Counted from the stretch's first letter, positions 1 through 10,449 are shown. The stretch is 64,000 bases of DNA from Candidatus Dormiibacterota bacterium (GCA_963833055.1 CAWHWM010000003.1:71402-135401); one strand, 5' to 3'. Numbers and translations: made by a program. Notes: a model not told the origin generated them from the letters alone.

Positions 1-384
1 ACCACGGCAAGTAACTCGGTGGTGAGGCTCACCGATGGCGCCGAAGGTTGCTCGGTGTTCTGGCAGGTTGGCAGCTCGGCAACCCTGGGCACGTCCTCGC
101 AGCTGCAGGGCAACCTGATGGCGCTGACGAGCATCACCATGACGACCGGCGCGACGATCCGGAGCGGCCGGGCGTTGGCGCGCAACGGTGCGGTGACGCT
201 CGACGCCAACACCATCACCCCGCCATCGGGTACGTGCACGACCGCGCTGAGGACGTCGACCTCAGTACCTGGAACAGGCGCTGGTAACTCGGCGCTGCCC
301 GGCATTGGATTGGCGATGGTGCTCGGGGGAAGTGCTGCCACGGCAATCGGCATTCGACGCCGGCAGAGTGCGCGCCCGGACTGA
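1..384 (+). CDS. ice-binding-like (DUF3494) family secreted protein, C-terminal fragment (5' end outside window)
   Basis: The frame is open from base 1. GNLMALTSITMTTGATIRSGRALARNGAVTLDANTIT resembles the terminal beta-solenoid coils of DUF3494/ice-binding-like proteins. The protein ends with a hydrophobic stretch (GIGLAMVLGGSAATAIGI) plus a basic tail (RRRQSAR). Stop TGA at 382-384. Confidence 0.6.
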   Translation, partial: TTASNSVVRLTDGAEGCSVFWQVGSSATLGTSSQLQGNLMALTSITMTTGATIRSGRALARNGAVTLDANTITPPSGTCTTALRTSTSVPGTGAGNSALPGIGLAMVLGGSAATAIGIRRRQSARPD

Positions 385-467
385 CACGGACAACGTCCCC
401 GCGCGCTACGTTTGGCCGTGCGACGACCACTCGCCGCCAGTTCGGGTCGACACAGGGGACAACGCGC

Positions 468-959
468 ATGGCAACGAACGCACTGACGATTGATCAGATC
501 CTGATCCAGCTGCCGGAAACGCCTGAACGTCTTGCGGCGCTAACCGCCGGCGTGTCGCCCGCACAGCTCAGGACCAGGCCGATGGCCGGCGAGTGGTCCG
601 CCGTCGAGGTGCTCGCGCATCTCCGTGCGTGCGCGGACCTCTGGGGCAGCAACATCGTGACCATCCTCACCGAGAAGAGTCCGGCATGGCGAGCGCTTGA
701 CCCTCGGACGTGGATGGAGCAGACGAATTATGTGGACCTGCAATTCGCGCCTTCCCTGCGCGCTTTCACCAAGCAGCGTGCGGGAGTCATGGCGGTGCTC
801 GGGCCCGCGCCACGGAAGGACTGGTCTCGCACGGCGGAAGTCAGCGGGGCAGGGCCGATATACCAGCGCACAGTGTTCTATTACGCCGAACGTATGGCAC
901 GCCACGAGCGTGCGCACGTCAAACACATTGGACGTCTCGTCCGGACAGTGCAGACGTAG
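468..959 (+). CDS. DinB family protein
   Basis: ORF 468-959 with ATG at 468. DinB-like helical-bundle features are present, including EWSAVEVLAHLRACADLW and the C-terminal ERMARHERAHVKH histidines. Confidence 0.7.
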   Translation: MATNALTIDQILIQLPETPERLAALTAGVSPAQLRTRPMAGEWSAVEVLAHLRACADLWGSNIVTILTEKSPAWRALDPRTWMEQTNYVDLQFAPSLRAFTKQRAGVMAVLGPAPRKDWSRTAEVSGAGPIYQRTVFYYAERMARHERAHVKHIGRLVRTVQT

Positions 960-1111
960 CGCCGCACGGCGCCCCGGGCCAGGGACCCAACTTGGCCCTC
1001 GTGGCCGAATTCAGGTGACATCCGGGGTATGCTCGCAGCGGACGCGCCTTGCAATCCGGTCGCCAGCCCCCGTTGGCACCAGGCAGGACACGCGCAGAAG
1101 GGAGAACGAGG

Positions 1112-2092
1112 ATGCGGATCACACTCAGCGCTAGCGTCTGCGCGGGCCTGGCTCTGGCGATGGCGGCGTGCGGCAGCCAGCCGGCTTCGGCATCAGCCAC
1201 CCCAGCCCAACTGCTGGCGGACGGCGCAAAGGCGCTCCAGTCGGTGCAGGTCGTCGGCACCTTCGACGTCGACGGGACGAGCGGATCCGTGACGACGTCG
1301 GTCAGCCATGACGGGAACAGCAGCGGATCGCTGAACCTCGGGGACACCGAGTCCGCATACACCTTCCTCGACGGCGTCACGTACTTCCAGATGCCGGTCG
1401 ACTTCGTCATGGCCGACGTCCCGAGCGAGGTCGCCACGCTCGCGCCATTGCTCAAGGACACGCCATGGTGGAAGGTCCCGGGCTCCAACGACGCCTCCGC
1501 CGTCATCCAACTGCTGACGCCGGACACGCTTCGATCCACGTTTCTCACGGGGCGCCCCGGTCTGACGGAGACCAACGCAAAGGATTCAGCCGGGACTGCG
1601 GCAATCAAGCTCACGGATGCCGCGGGGAGCGTCTTTCTCGCGACAGCGACCCCGCACAACGTCCTCGAGATCAAGACGGCGCCGCACTACCTCGCCGGCG
1701 ACTTCTCCTCGGTCGATATCACGCTGCGTCCCGTCGCGAAGCCGGCGGCGATCAGCGCTCCAACCGACGTTGTCAGCCCGACGTTGTCCGGCATGCCTGT
1801 GCACTTCTTTGTGCAGTCCGTTGTGCTGAGTGGCTGCAACAGTGCGGGCTGCACCGCCAAGGCAGTGATCGGCGCCGACGCCGGGAGCGGGACAGCAACC
1901 GTCACGATGACCATCACCGCCTCCGGAAAGACGCTCTCCGTCTGCACGGCCAATGTGGTCCTGGTGAGCTATACATCCCAGCCGACCGCCGCCTGCCATG
2001 CCCATAGCGCGGCATGGACGCACTGGTGGGACTACGTCTCGGGCTCGTATCAGCTCGAAGCAACGGTCGCGAACCCCGCATACACCTCCTGA
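1112..2092 (+). CDS. putative lipoprotein, family not recognised
   Basis: MRITLSASVCAGLALAMAAC is a signal peptide with a lipobox Cys. I moved the start from 1049 to ATG 1112, which has a purine-rich GGGAGAACGAGG upstream. The second half contains several Cys. Confidence 0.6.
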   Translation: MRITLSASVCAGLALAMAACGSQPASASATPAQLLADGAKALQSVQVVGTFDVDGTSGSVTTSVSHDGNSSGSLNLGDTESAYTFLDGVTYFQMPVDFVMADVPSEVATLAPLLKDTPWWKVPGSNDASAVIQLLTPDTLRSTFLTGRPGLTETNAKDSAGTAAIKLTDAAGSVFLATATPHNVLEIKTAPHYLAGDFSSVDITLRPVAKPAAISAPTDVVSPTLSGMPVHFFVQSVVLSGCNSAGCTAKAVIGADAGSGTATVTMTITASGKTLSVCTANVVLVSYTSQPTAACHAHSAAWTHWWDYVSGSYQLEATVANPAYTS

Positions 2093-2178
2093 CCGGTTCG
2101 ACCCGACTGTCGCGTTCGGGTCGATAGCCGGGTAAAAGCCGCCCGCGCACAGGCCCGCAACCGCAAACTCTTCGTCCG

Positions 2179-3361
2179 ATGGACATCCTGGACGTCGTCA
2201 TCATCGTGTTCCTGATCGCGTTCGCAATCTCAGGGCTCCGGCGGGGTCTGAGCGGGGTTGCCTTCGCCATCGCAGGACTCGTGGCGGGCCTCTTCCTTGG
2301 CGCGGTGATCGCCCCGCCGATCGCCAACTGGATCACCCAGAACCCGACGACCCGGCCGTACTTCGCGATCGGCATCTTCGTCGCGGTCGCCCTCCTCGTC
2401 GAAGGGGTGGGCGCGGCGATCGGGTATCGCATCCGCCAGCAGACACAGCGAACGATGCTGCTCGGCAAGGCCGACTCCGCGGTCGGGCGCCGTGCTCGGA
2501 CTCGTGGCGGCGCTCGCGGCCACCTGGTACCTCGGGCTCATGTTCTCGCAGAGCCCATGGGTCAGCCTGGACAACCAGATCAGCAACTCGAGGATCGAGC
2601 GGTCGCTCGACCGCTTCATGCCGCGGCCGCCCGGGTTCCTCGCCACCATCGGCAACCTCTTCCGGACAGGCGATTTCCCCAACCCCTTCTCCACCATCCT
2701 GGACATCCCGCAGGCACCGGTGGCGATCCCGCCACTGGTGGATACCGCGGGCATCCGCGAGGCCACCAGCGTCACCGTGAAGGTGATCGCGTCTGGATGC
2801 GGCGGTGGCGCTGAGGCGGGGTCGTCCTGGCCGCTCGCGCCCGGGTACTTCGTCACCAACGCGCACGTGGTCGCGGGCTCAGGCAGTGTGGAGATCGACA
2901 CCCCGAACGGCGGGCGCCACACCGCCCGTGTGGTGCTCTTCGATCCCAACACAGACCTCGCCGTGCTGTACTCCCCCGGCCTCGACCTGCACCCGCTGGT
3001 GCTGGTGAACAGCAACCCTGTCCGGGGCACCGGAGGAGCCGTCATCGGGTATCCCGGCGGCGGTGTGGAGCAGGTGGTCCCCGCAGCGGTGAGCGGCACC
3101 GAGTCAGCGCGCGGCTACAACATCTACGGGGACGTCCTCGTCACCCGAGAGATCGAGGTGCTCTCCGCGCAAGTCATCCCCGGGAATTCGGGCGGCCCGA
3201 TCGTCAACGACAGCGGGCAGATCATCGGCGTGGTCTTCGCTGCCAGCACCACCCAGCCGGGGGTCGTCGGCTACGCGCTGACCATCCCGCAGATCCTCTC
3301 GGACCTTCAGGCCGGCGAGCACCGCACCGCGGCGGTCTCCACGGAGGCGTGCGCCAGCTGA
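2179..3361 (+). pseudogene. CvpA-domain / trypsin-like serine protease fusion (MarP-like), one apparent frameshift near 2485
   Basis: ORF 2179-2814 begins with CvpA-like TM helices (MDILDVVIIVFLIAFAISGLRRG...). ORF 2492-3361, in another frame, carries the chymotrypsin triad contexts VTNAHVVAG, TDLAVL and PGNSGGP. The frames join at ..KADSAVG|AVLGLVAALAATWYLG... The architecture matches mycobacterial MarP (Rv3671c). Confidence 0.75.
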
Positions 3362-3371
3362 CCCGTGGAGC

Positions 3372-4746
3372 TCAGTAGTGGATGATGACGGTGGCGCCGA
3401 TCGGGGTCCACGAGTACAGCCAGGCCATGGTGGTCGACGGCATGTGCACGCAGCCGTGGCTGGCGTCGACGCCGTTCTGGCTGCCCGGGCCGAACGCGGT
3501 ATTCGGCTCCCATGGCGCGTCGTGGATGAAGAAGCCTCCGCCGAGGAACTCCATCGCGTACTCGGCATTCTCCGGCGTGTAGTAGTAGGGGGATGACTTC
3601 GGCCACGGCGAGATCAGCGTGATCGGCGAGACCTTCCGGTAGATGTGGAATGTTCCAGTCGGGGTCCGGAGCCCGGCCCGTCCCGTGGTGACCAGCGACT
3701 TGCCGGCGACGCAACCGTCGTCGAAGAACACCGCCCCCTGGGTCGAGAGATCGACATCGATCACCTTGCCGTTGGGCACGTCATGGCCGCATCCCACCGC
3801 GGTGAGCGCGGCGTTGACCGAGTCCTCGACGGTCACGATCTTCGCGGCGACGGCATTGAGGCCGGCAGCGGTGCCGGCATCGTGCAGCTGGGCAGACAGC
3901 GTGACGTACTGACCGGCGAATCCTGAGGCCCCAGCGGCGTTATGCGCCGTGGCGAGCACCACACGGGAGTCGAGCGACCGCAGCTCGCTCACCACCCGGC
4001 CATCGAGGCTGATCAGCGCATTGAGCGACGTCAGATCGGCCTCGAGCGACTTGATGGCCGTGAGCGTGGTCGCAGCGTCACTGCTGCTCGCGGTCAGCGT
4101 CGCGATGAGCGACGGCATAGCACCGAGGTCGAGGTTATCGCCACGCGCGACGGAAACTCGCTGCTCCGCCGCAGCGACGAGCGGCGCGACGCCGCCGTAC
4201 CCACCCGTCGCGACCGTGATCTGATCGAGGGTCGCAGCCTTGCTTGCCGCAGTCACCGCACCGGTCCAGCTCGTGGCGAGCGCGTCGAGTGCCGCGGGAG
4301 TCGTGGCAGCCTCGAGCTGGGCCTCCCATCCGGATGCGGCCTTCGCGGACAGCGGCAGGCACGTATGACCCGAATTCCATCTCCATATGGCTCCACGCCG
4401 TCATCTCGCCTTCCGCCCGCGAGCGTGCCGCGCCCATCGCCGCCGTCCACACGTGTGTGGTGTCGCGCCGCATGGTCGTGAGGAAGGTGCTGCCGTCATC
4501 GAGCCACCACAACGGCGACCAGGTGGACGCGTGCATGTACTTCGAACCGTCGAGCGTGGTCCGCAGCGTCGTCACGCCCGCCTCGGGCACGCCCTCGCGG
4601 ACGTCCCGCGTCCACGTCCGCTCGAGGGCCGACGCGGCGTCGTGGAACGACGACGCGCGGCCCATCGCGCGCGCCGTCACGGCGCCCCCCGCGCCGATCA
4701 GTGCGAGCGAAACGGCGGCTGTCAGGATCAGTGGCAGTCGTCGCAT
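3372..4746 (-). pseudogene. L,D-transpeptidase (YkuD domain) with signal peptide, one apparent frameshift near 4360
   Basis: ORF 4135-4746 supplies the signal peptide MRRLPLILTAAVSLALIGAGG. ORF 3372-4256 ends in a YkuD catalytic domain (FFIHDAPWEP...DASHGCVHM). My translation shows the lower frame stays open upstream of 4256 (..GWEAQLEAATTPAALDALATSWTGA..) and meets the upper ORF around 4340-4375. Confidence 0.75.
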
Positions 4747-4770
4747 CAGTGCGGCAAGGCTACCCGAGAA

Positions 4771-5742
4771 TCAGCTCGAGAGGAACCCGTTCTGCACCAG
4801 CCACGTGTGCGCCACGTTGGCGACCGTCTGGCCCTGGATCTCAACCATGGCATTGAGCTGCAGCATCACCGGCGTGGTGAGCTTGGTTGCGACCGGCGCC
4901 ATCCATGCCCCGATCGACGGGTACTTCTGGAGGACGCTCGAGCGGACTTCCAGGCCAGCGTTGTCCGGCGGGAACAGGTTCTTGTCGTCGGTGAGGGTCA
5001 CCTCGTTGTTCGCCTGGATGCCGGAGTCCGTCGTGTACACCTCGCCCGCGTCGCACTGACCGCTGGCAATCGCCTTCTCGGCAGTGGTGCCGATCTGGAT
5101 GTAGTGGAAGCTCGATGCGGCCGGCCAGCCGTAGGTGCTCACGAGTCCGGGAAGGCCGTCGGGCCGGGTCAGGAACTCTGACTGGATGCACACCTTGGTG
5201 TTCGGGTGCGACGTGAGATACGTGCCGAACGCCGCGAGCGACGTGCCGTACGTCGAGGTCTGGCTGGACTTGATCGCGATGCCGTTGGTGTCGTCGAACT
5301 GTGTCGGCGCGACCCAGCAGATCCCGTTTGCCTCGTCCTTCTGCTGCACAAACGTGAATGCGGCTGCCAGTTGCGTCGGGAATCCGGTGAGCCCGAGGTA
5401 GTCACCGAGCTCGGTGCCCGTGTACTGCCAGTACATGTCAATCGTGCCGCTGGTCAACGCTTCGCCGATTTCCTTGTCCGCGGCACTGAACGTGTCGGTG
5501 ATCTTGAAGCCGTGCGCGTCGAGGACGTCTGCAGTCATCTGCGCCATCAACTGCTCCTCGGCGAAATCCTTGCTCCCGATTGACAGTTGCGCGCCATTGC
5601 CGCTGGTCTGGCTCCCTGTTGGGCACGTCGCAGTCGTGCTGCCGCTGTTTGTTGCCGTGCCGCCGCCGGAGTTGCCGCCCCCGCATGCAGCAAGGGTCCC
5701 GGGTATCGCGAGTGCGATGACCACGAGTAGCTTGCGCTTCAT
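4771..5742 (-). CDS. glycine betaine/osmoprotectant-type ABC transporter substrate-binding lipoprotein (OpuC/OpuB-like)
   Basis: MKRKLLVVIALAIPGTLAAC has a lipobox, followed by an OpuAC/ProX-type binding domain. Start set at ATG 5742, which has GGAGGA upstream. It is the last gene of a four-gene ABC operon. Confidence 0.75.
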   Translation of the reverse strand: MKRKLLVVIALAIPGTLAACGGGNSGGGTATNSGSTTATCPTGSQTSGNGAQLSIGSKDFAEEQLMAQMTADVLDAHGFKITDTFSAADKEIGEALTSGTIDMYWQYTGTELGDYLGLTGFPTQLAAAFTFVQQKDEANGICWVAPTQFDDTNGIAIKSSQTSTYGTSLAAFGTYLTSHPNTKVCIQSEFLTRPDGLPGLVSTYGWPAASSFHYIQIGTTAEKAIASGQCDAGEVYTTDSGIQANNEVTLTDDKNLFPPDNAGLEVRSSVLQKYPSIGAWMAPVATKLTTPVMLQLNAMVEIQGQTVANVAHTWLVQNGFLSS

Positions 5743-5787
5743 GAATGTGTTCCTCCACATGTCCTAAATGGCTGGTTGATATGTACC

Positions 5788-6528
5788 TTATTGAGTGATC
5801 TGGCGTGGCACGGCAAGACGCTCAATCATTGAGAGTCCCCAGTCCGCAAGCAGTGCGAGCGATGCCACCATCACGGCCCCGACGAACACCATCCTGTCGC
5901 TGTTGTTGATGCCTGCCGCGATCACGTCGCCGAGGCCGCCACCTCCGATGAAGTTCCCGAGTGTAGCCGTTCCGATGATTAATACCAGAGATGTCCTCAG
6001 TCCAGCGAAAACCAGTGGCGACGCAAGGGGTAATTGGACTCGCATCAAAGCCTGCCAACGCGTCATTCCCATGCCACGTGCCGCGTCGACCGCAGAGGGA
6101 TCAACCCCCTGAATGCCCGCAACCGTATTGCGGAGGACCGGCAAGAGCCCGTAGATCACGAGCGCGATCACAGTCGGCGTGACCCCGAGGCCGAGGATGG
6201 CAAAGAGCAGCACCAGCAACCCGATCCCGGGGATCGCCTGCCCGAGGTTCGCGAGCAGGAACACCGGGATCCGCACCGCGCTGCCGGCCTGGGCGATGAC
6301 CACACCCAACGGGACGCCGACCGCGACGACCAGGACGAACGAGAGCCCGGAGATGAAGATGTGCTGGATCGTCTCGCTGTAGAGGTTCGGCGCGTTCAGG
6401 ATCTCGGAGTCGAAGGTCTTGCCGTCGAGCGTCTGGTAGACGCCGATCGACAGGACAATGCCGATCGCGACCCAGATCGGTACCGCGAATGGGCGCAGAT
6501 GTCGTGTCCACCTCGGCAGATGCGGCAT
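5788..6528 (-). CDS. osmoprotectant ABC transporter permease (BPD_transp_1 type)
   Basis: Multi-TM protein carrying the permease EAA-like loop (DPSAVDAARGMGMTRWQALMRVQLPLASP). It abuts the ATPase gene directly (6528/6529). Confidence 0.8.
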   Translation of the reverse strand: MPHLPRWTRHLRPFAVPIWVAIGIVLSIGVYQTLDGKTFDSEILNAPNLYSETIQHIFISGLSFVLVVAVGVPLGVVIAQAGSAVRIPVFLLANLGQAIPGIGLLVLLFAILGLGVTPTVIALVIYGLLPVLRNTVAGIQGVDPSAVDAARGMGMTRWQALMRVQLPLASPLVFAGLRTSLVLIIGTATLGNFIGGGGLGDVIAAGINNSDRMVFVGAVMVASLALLADWGLSMIERLAVPRQITQ

Positions 6529-7473
6529 CTAGCGCGACCTCATGGACGCGGCGCGAATCACATCTGCGTCCACCACGCCAAGCGTCTGACCGCCGCTGAC
6601 CACCGCAACCCGCCCATCAGCGGAACGGAGCACCGCGTCGAGCGCATCGCGGAGGGTTCCGGAGCCATCCACTGAGCCGCCGGGTGTCGCGCCGTTCAAC
6701 GCCGTGAGCTGCACCTCGCTGATCGGGATCAGCGCAAGACGGCGCACCAGCGGCCCCTCGCCGAGGAAGCCGGTGACAAACGCGGACTGCGGATGCGCCA
6801 GGAGTTCCTCCGGCGACGTGAACTGCTCGAGCACGCCGCCTCGTGAGAGCAGCGCAACGCGGTCGCCGAGCTTCACTGCCTCGTCGATATCGTGCGTGAC
6901 GAAGACGATCGTCTTGCGTACAACGCTCTGGAGGCGCAGCAACTCGTTCTGCAGGCGGTCACGGGCGATGGGATCGATGGCGCCGAAGGGCTCGTCCATC
7001 AACAGGATGTTCGGGTCCGCGCCGAGGGCTCGGGCGACGCCGACGCGCTGGCGCTCTCCTCCACTCAGCTCTGACGGCAACCGCCGCGCGTAGTCAGCCG
7101 CAGGCAGAGCGATGAGGTCGAGGAGTTCCTCGACACGCGCCTGCGTGCGCTGCTTGCTCCATCCGAGCAGGCGGGGCACGGTGGCGATGTTCTCCGCGAC
7201 GGTCTGGTGAGGGAACAGGCCGACCTGCTGGATCACGTAGCCGATGGACCGGCGCAGGTCGTTGACGTCGTAGGTGCGCGTGTCGCGGTCGTCGATGCTG
7301 ATGGTGCCGCCCGTGGGCTCGATGAGGCGGTTGATCATCTTCAGCGACGTTGTCTTGCCGCAGCCCGACGGGCCGACCAGGATCACGATCTCGCCGGACT
7401 TGATCTCCAGGGAGAGGTGATCGACGGCCACCGACGTGCCGTATCGCTTGACGACGCTGTCGAACTTGATCAT
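6529..7473 (-). CDS. osmoprotectant ABC transporter ATP-binding protein with C-terminal CBS-like extension (OpuCA/ProV-like)
   Basis: Walker A GPSGCGKTT, ABC signature LSGGERQRV and Walker B LLMDEPF are present, followed by a C-terminal extension of about 90 aa. It overlaps the upstream permease by 4 nt (7470-7473). Confidence 0.85.
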   Translation of the reverse strand: MIKFDSVVKRYGTSVAVDHLSLEIKSGEIVILVGPSGCGKTTSLKMINRLIEPTGGTISIDDRDTRTYDVNDLRRSIGYVIQQVGLFPHQTVAENIATVPRLLGWSKQRTQARVEELLDLIALPAADYARRLPSELSGGERQRVGVARALGADPNILLMDEPFGAIDPIARDRLQNELLRLQSVVRKTIVFVTHDIDEAVKLGDRVALLSRGGVLEQFTSPEELLAHPQSAFVTGFLGEGPLVRRLALIPISEVQLTALNGATPGGSVDGSGTLRDALDAVLRSADGRVAVVSGGQTLGVVDADVIRAASMRSR

Positions 7474-8120
7474 GTCGCCGCCACCGAGACGCGGCCGCGG
7501 GAGAGCGCTCGCTGGATGCCCGCGAGGATGAGGTCCGCGAAGATGCCGATGGCGGCGACGGGGATGATCCCCGCAAGCACGGCGTCGATGGTGCCGGTGC
7601 TCCGGCCGATGGCGAAGAGGATCGTCTGACCCAGGTCGTCGACGCCGACTGTCGCACCGACCGTGGCGATCGCGACGATCATCACGGTCGCCTGCCGGAT
7701 GCCCCCGAGGATGACCGGCACCGCCAGCGGCAGCTCAACCTTGAGCAGAATCTGCCGCGGGTTCATCCCCATGCCACGCGCCGCTTCCACCACAGCCACA
7801 TCGACCGTCCTGATGCCGGCGCGGGTGTTCCGCGTCACCGGGAGCAGTCCGTAGAGGACGAGCCCGATGATCACTGGGGGATTCGCCAGCCCGAACCAGA
7901 TCGACAGCAGCCCGAAGAGCGCGAAGCTCGGCACCGTCAGGATCGTGCTGGTGACCGCCATGATCAGCGTGGACAGCCGTTCGGAGCGCGCGGCAGCGAT
8001 GCCCAGGCCCAGCCCGATCAAGCTCGTGATGGCGATGCACTCGCCGACGATCTCGAGGTGGGTGACGATCTGTGGCCCGATCTGGTCCCAGTTCTGGGCC
8101 ATGTATTGGAAGACGTTCAC
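7470..8120 (-). CDS. osmoprotectant ABC transporter permease
   Basis: A second permease paralogue with the same EAA-like loop (DVAVVEAARGMGMNPRQILLKVELPLAVP). It is the first permease of the operon. Confidence 0.8.
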   Translation of the reverse strand: MNVFQYMAQNWDQIGPQIVTHLEIVGECIAITSLIGLGLGIAAARSERLSTLIMAVTSTILTVPSFALFGLLSIWFGLANPPVIIGLVLYGLLPVTRNTRAGIRTVDVAVVEAARGMGMNPRQILLKVELPLAVPVILGGIRQATVMIVAIATVGATVGVDDLGQTILFAIGRSTGTIDAVLAGIIPVAAIGIFADLILAGIQRALSRGRVSVAAT

Positions 8121-8132
8121 ATTTTGTGAGCG

Positions 8133-8681
8133 TCAGTATCCATAACCTCCTGGGGTGCTCGCAGTCGGCGTTGCGGGTGGAGCGGTCGGCGTCGATGTCG
8201 TCGAACTCGTGCCGGTGGCCGTTGCCGTTGTGGCGGGCGTGATGGCAAACCACTTGCCGGCGATGCCCTGACCGTTGGTCTGACCCGGCGCGGTGTCACT
8301 CGCGTAGGTGTGCAGCGGCCAGCCGTTGTACGTGACCTCGTTCTCCGTGGAGCCGTTGACCATGACCGACACCGTGCCAAGGGTCCCCGTCAGCGCGGGT
8401 GGACCGCTCGGCGTCCCCGTGGCCACGAGCGGTGGCCAGGCCGTCAGGCAGCCTCCCGTGCATGCACCGATCGTCGAGTTCTTCTCCGGCAGGAAGTAGT
8501 ACAGGGTGAACCCCTGCGGGTTGGTCAAGACGACGCCGAGCGAAGTGGTCATCGTCGACAGCGTTGCTCCGGCGGCGGCCGGCGCATCGCTGCTCGTGGG
8601 TGATGTCGTACCGGTCGCCCCGGCGGCGCCGCACCCGGCAAGAACGGCAGCGCCTGCAAGCGAGAAGATGATGCGTCGCAT
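8133..8681 (-). CDS. lipoprotein with two COG4315/PF03640-type repeats
   Basis: MRRIIFSLAGAAVLAGC has a lipobox. The two repeat cores are GFTLYYFLPEKNS and GWPLHTYASDTAPGQTNGQG. Start set at ATG 8681 with GGAGG upstream. It lies 13 nt upstream of the opu operon on the same strand. Confidence 0.7.
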   Translation of the reverse strand: MRRIIFSLAGAAVLAGCGAAGATGTTSPTSSDAPAAAGATLSTMTTSLGVVLTNPQGFTLYYFLPEKNSTIGACTGGCLTAWPPLVATGTPSGPPALTGTLGTVSVMVNGSTENEVTYNGWPLHTYASDTAPGQTNGQGIAGKWFAITPATTATATGTSSTTSTPTAPPATPTASTPGGYGY

Positions 8682-8762
8682 GGTGTGAACCTCCACTGTT
8701 GTCATGCAGTGAAGTACGGCATCGCGTTACGTCACACCGTCTGCTCCGGGTATTCTCAAGGC

Positions 8763-8966
8763 ATGTGCAGAAGTATCAAGACGCTCCGTGGAGCCGATCC
8801 TCCCGCGGACGACGACGATGCTCACGCGGCTGCCCTGCAGTTCGTGCGCAAGATCAGCGGCTACCGGGCGCCGTCGAAGGCGAATCAGGCGGCCTTTGAC
8901 GCCGCCGTCCAGGACGTCACCGCGGCGACCACGCGCCTGCTCGAGGGTCTCCAGCAGCGCGTCTGA
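8763..8966 (+). CDS. DUF2277 domain-containing protein
   Basis: MCRSIKTLRGADPPADDDDAHAAALQFVRKISGY matches my recollection of the DUF2277 N-terminus. Start moved to ATG 8763 within ORF 8685-8966. Confidence 0.6.
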   Translation: MCRSIKTLRGADPPADDDDAHAAALQFVRKISGYRAPSKANQAAFDAAVQDVTAATTRLLEGLQQRV

Positions 8967-9005
8967 AGGACGGCCCTCCGCATAGCGGATAATCCACCAA
9001 TGCGA

Positions 9006-9416
9006 TCAGGCCGGGTTTGCTACTCCGACTCGCTCGCACCCATGGTGATGGTGCCGTTCACGGTGCCGCCGTCGTCGAACTCGGAGCCGCGCCGCGCGGA
9101 CGTCGCCCAGCACCACGCCACTGCCGGCCACGGTCAGCCGGGCATGCGCCACCACGTTGCCGGTCACGTTCCCGCGGACAGTCACGTTGCGTCCGTCCAC
9201 GCGCGCCTTGACGGTGGCGGAGGCCTCGACGTCGACATCACCGGAGGCGCTGATCTCACCTTCGGCCGTTCCTTCGATGTGGAGATCGCCGTCGATCGTG
9301 AGCGATCCGTTCAGGACGTCGCGCGGCCCGAGGGTCACACCCTTGGCGCCTGTCGCGCCGTTGCGGTGACCTCCACGTGGAATGGCAAGCGCCTCGATTT
9401 CAGTGATGTTCTCCAT
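9006..9416 (-). CDS. bactofilin (polymer-forming cytoskeletal protein), probable 1-nt indel near 9088 affecting the C-terminus
   Basis: Start ATG 9416 with GGAGAGG upstream. The bactofilin beta-helix repeats are present (GSLTIDGDLHIEGTAEGEISASGDVDVEASATVKARVDGRNVTVRGNVTGNV..). The in-frame tail RLRVRRRRHRERHHHH looks non-native. Shifting one base gives ..EFDDGGTVNGTITMGASESE with stop at 9021-9023, which parallels the paralogue at 10347-10946. Confidence 0.75.
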   Translation of the reverse strand: MENITEIEALAIPRGGHRNGATGAKGVTLGPRDVLNGSLTIDGDLHIEGTAEGEISASGDVDVEASATVKARVDGRNVTVRGNVTGNVVAHARLTVAGSGVVLGDVRAARLRVRRRRHRERHHHHGCERVGVANPA

Positions 9417-9504
9417 GGATGTGTCCTCTCCTTCTCGTCCGCTGCTCGGCACATATCCTACTGATCCCACGCCACCTCCGCGAGACGAATTCGCGGACAA
9501 CTCG

Positions 9505-10449
9505 GTGACGATCAGCAGCACAGCAGACACGTTTCGGCGTCTGCAACTCGAGTTCTATCGCGACGCCGCGCATCGCTACAACTCATGGGCGGGAGGCGCA
9601 AACATCCGCGCCGCGGAACGGCTCGCCGCATTCGCCGATGTGCAGCCGCACGAACGCGTGATCGACATCGGCTGTGGCACAGGCCTTGTCAGCCGTGCGC
9701 TCGGCATCGGCACCTCGACGCTCGAGCACATGGGGATCGATCTGTCCCCGGACATGATCACCGCTGCGCGCCGCCAGAGTGATGGCTCGCGCGGCATCCA
9801 GTTCACCGTCATGGATGCGCACCACCTCGTCTTCAACGACGACATGTTCGATGTCGCGATCCTCGGCCAGTCGCTCGCATATCTCGAGGATCCATGGCAG
9901 GCGTTCGCGGAGATCCGGCGTGTGCTCCGTCCCGGCGGCAGGATCGCCGTGTCCTGCCGGTGCAGGAGCCTGTCCACCCCGGCCCAGGGCGTGTTCTTCG
10001 AGCGACTCGAGCGGCTCGCCATCCGCCGCGCGCGCACGCCCGCGCATCACGCGCTGTTCGGTGAGCCGTGGGTGCTCAGCGACATGCTCGAGATGGCGGG
10101 CTTCACCGACATCCAGGGCACACAGCTGCTGGTCGGCGTGCGTGCGGCCGATGTGCACGAATGGACCGAGATGATGGAGTGGTCCGGCCCGTGGCCTCAC
10201 GCCATGATCGGGCTGCTCAGCCCCGCGGCGCGCGCCACCTTCGAGGAGGAGCTGGATCGCACGATGCACCGCCTGGGCGAAGGTGACTACGCGTTTCACG
10301 GCGCATTCACCCTCGCCACCGGGCGGCTCGGCGACCGGTCCCCTGCTCAGCCCTCTTCTGAGTCCACACCCGAGGAGACGCTCGAGGTCTCCGCGGTGCG
10401 CTCGTCGCTGTACGCATCGGATTCGGAGCCTGCGTTCTCGGCGCCATAG
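9505..10449 (+). CDS. class I SAM-dependent methyltransferase
   Basis: Motif I is ERVIDIGCGTGLVS, followed by DVAILGQSLAYLEDP and LRPGGRIAV. The start is uncertain. GTG 9505 was chosen because the ORF's 5' end (9382-) overlaps the divergent bactofilin. The 3' 103 nt overlap the convergent bactofilin gene. Confidence 0.7.
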   Translation: MTISSTADTFRRLQLEFYRDAAHRYNSWAGGANIRAAERLAAFADVQPHERVIDIGCGTGLVSRALGIGTSTLEHMGIDLSPDMITAARRQSDGSRGIQFTVMDAHHLVFNDDMFDVAILGQSLAYLEDPWQAFAEIRRVLRPGGRIAVSCRCRSLSTPAQGVFFERLERLAIRRARTPAHHALFGEPWVLSDMLEMAGFTDIQGTQLLVGVRAADVHEWTEMMEWSGPWPHAMIGLLSPAARATFEEELDRTMHRLGEGDYAFHGAFTLATGRLGDRSPAQPSSESTPEETLEVSAVRSSLYASDSEPAFSAP

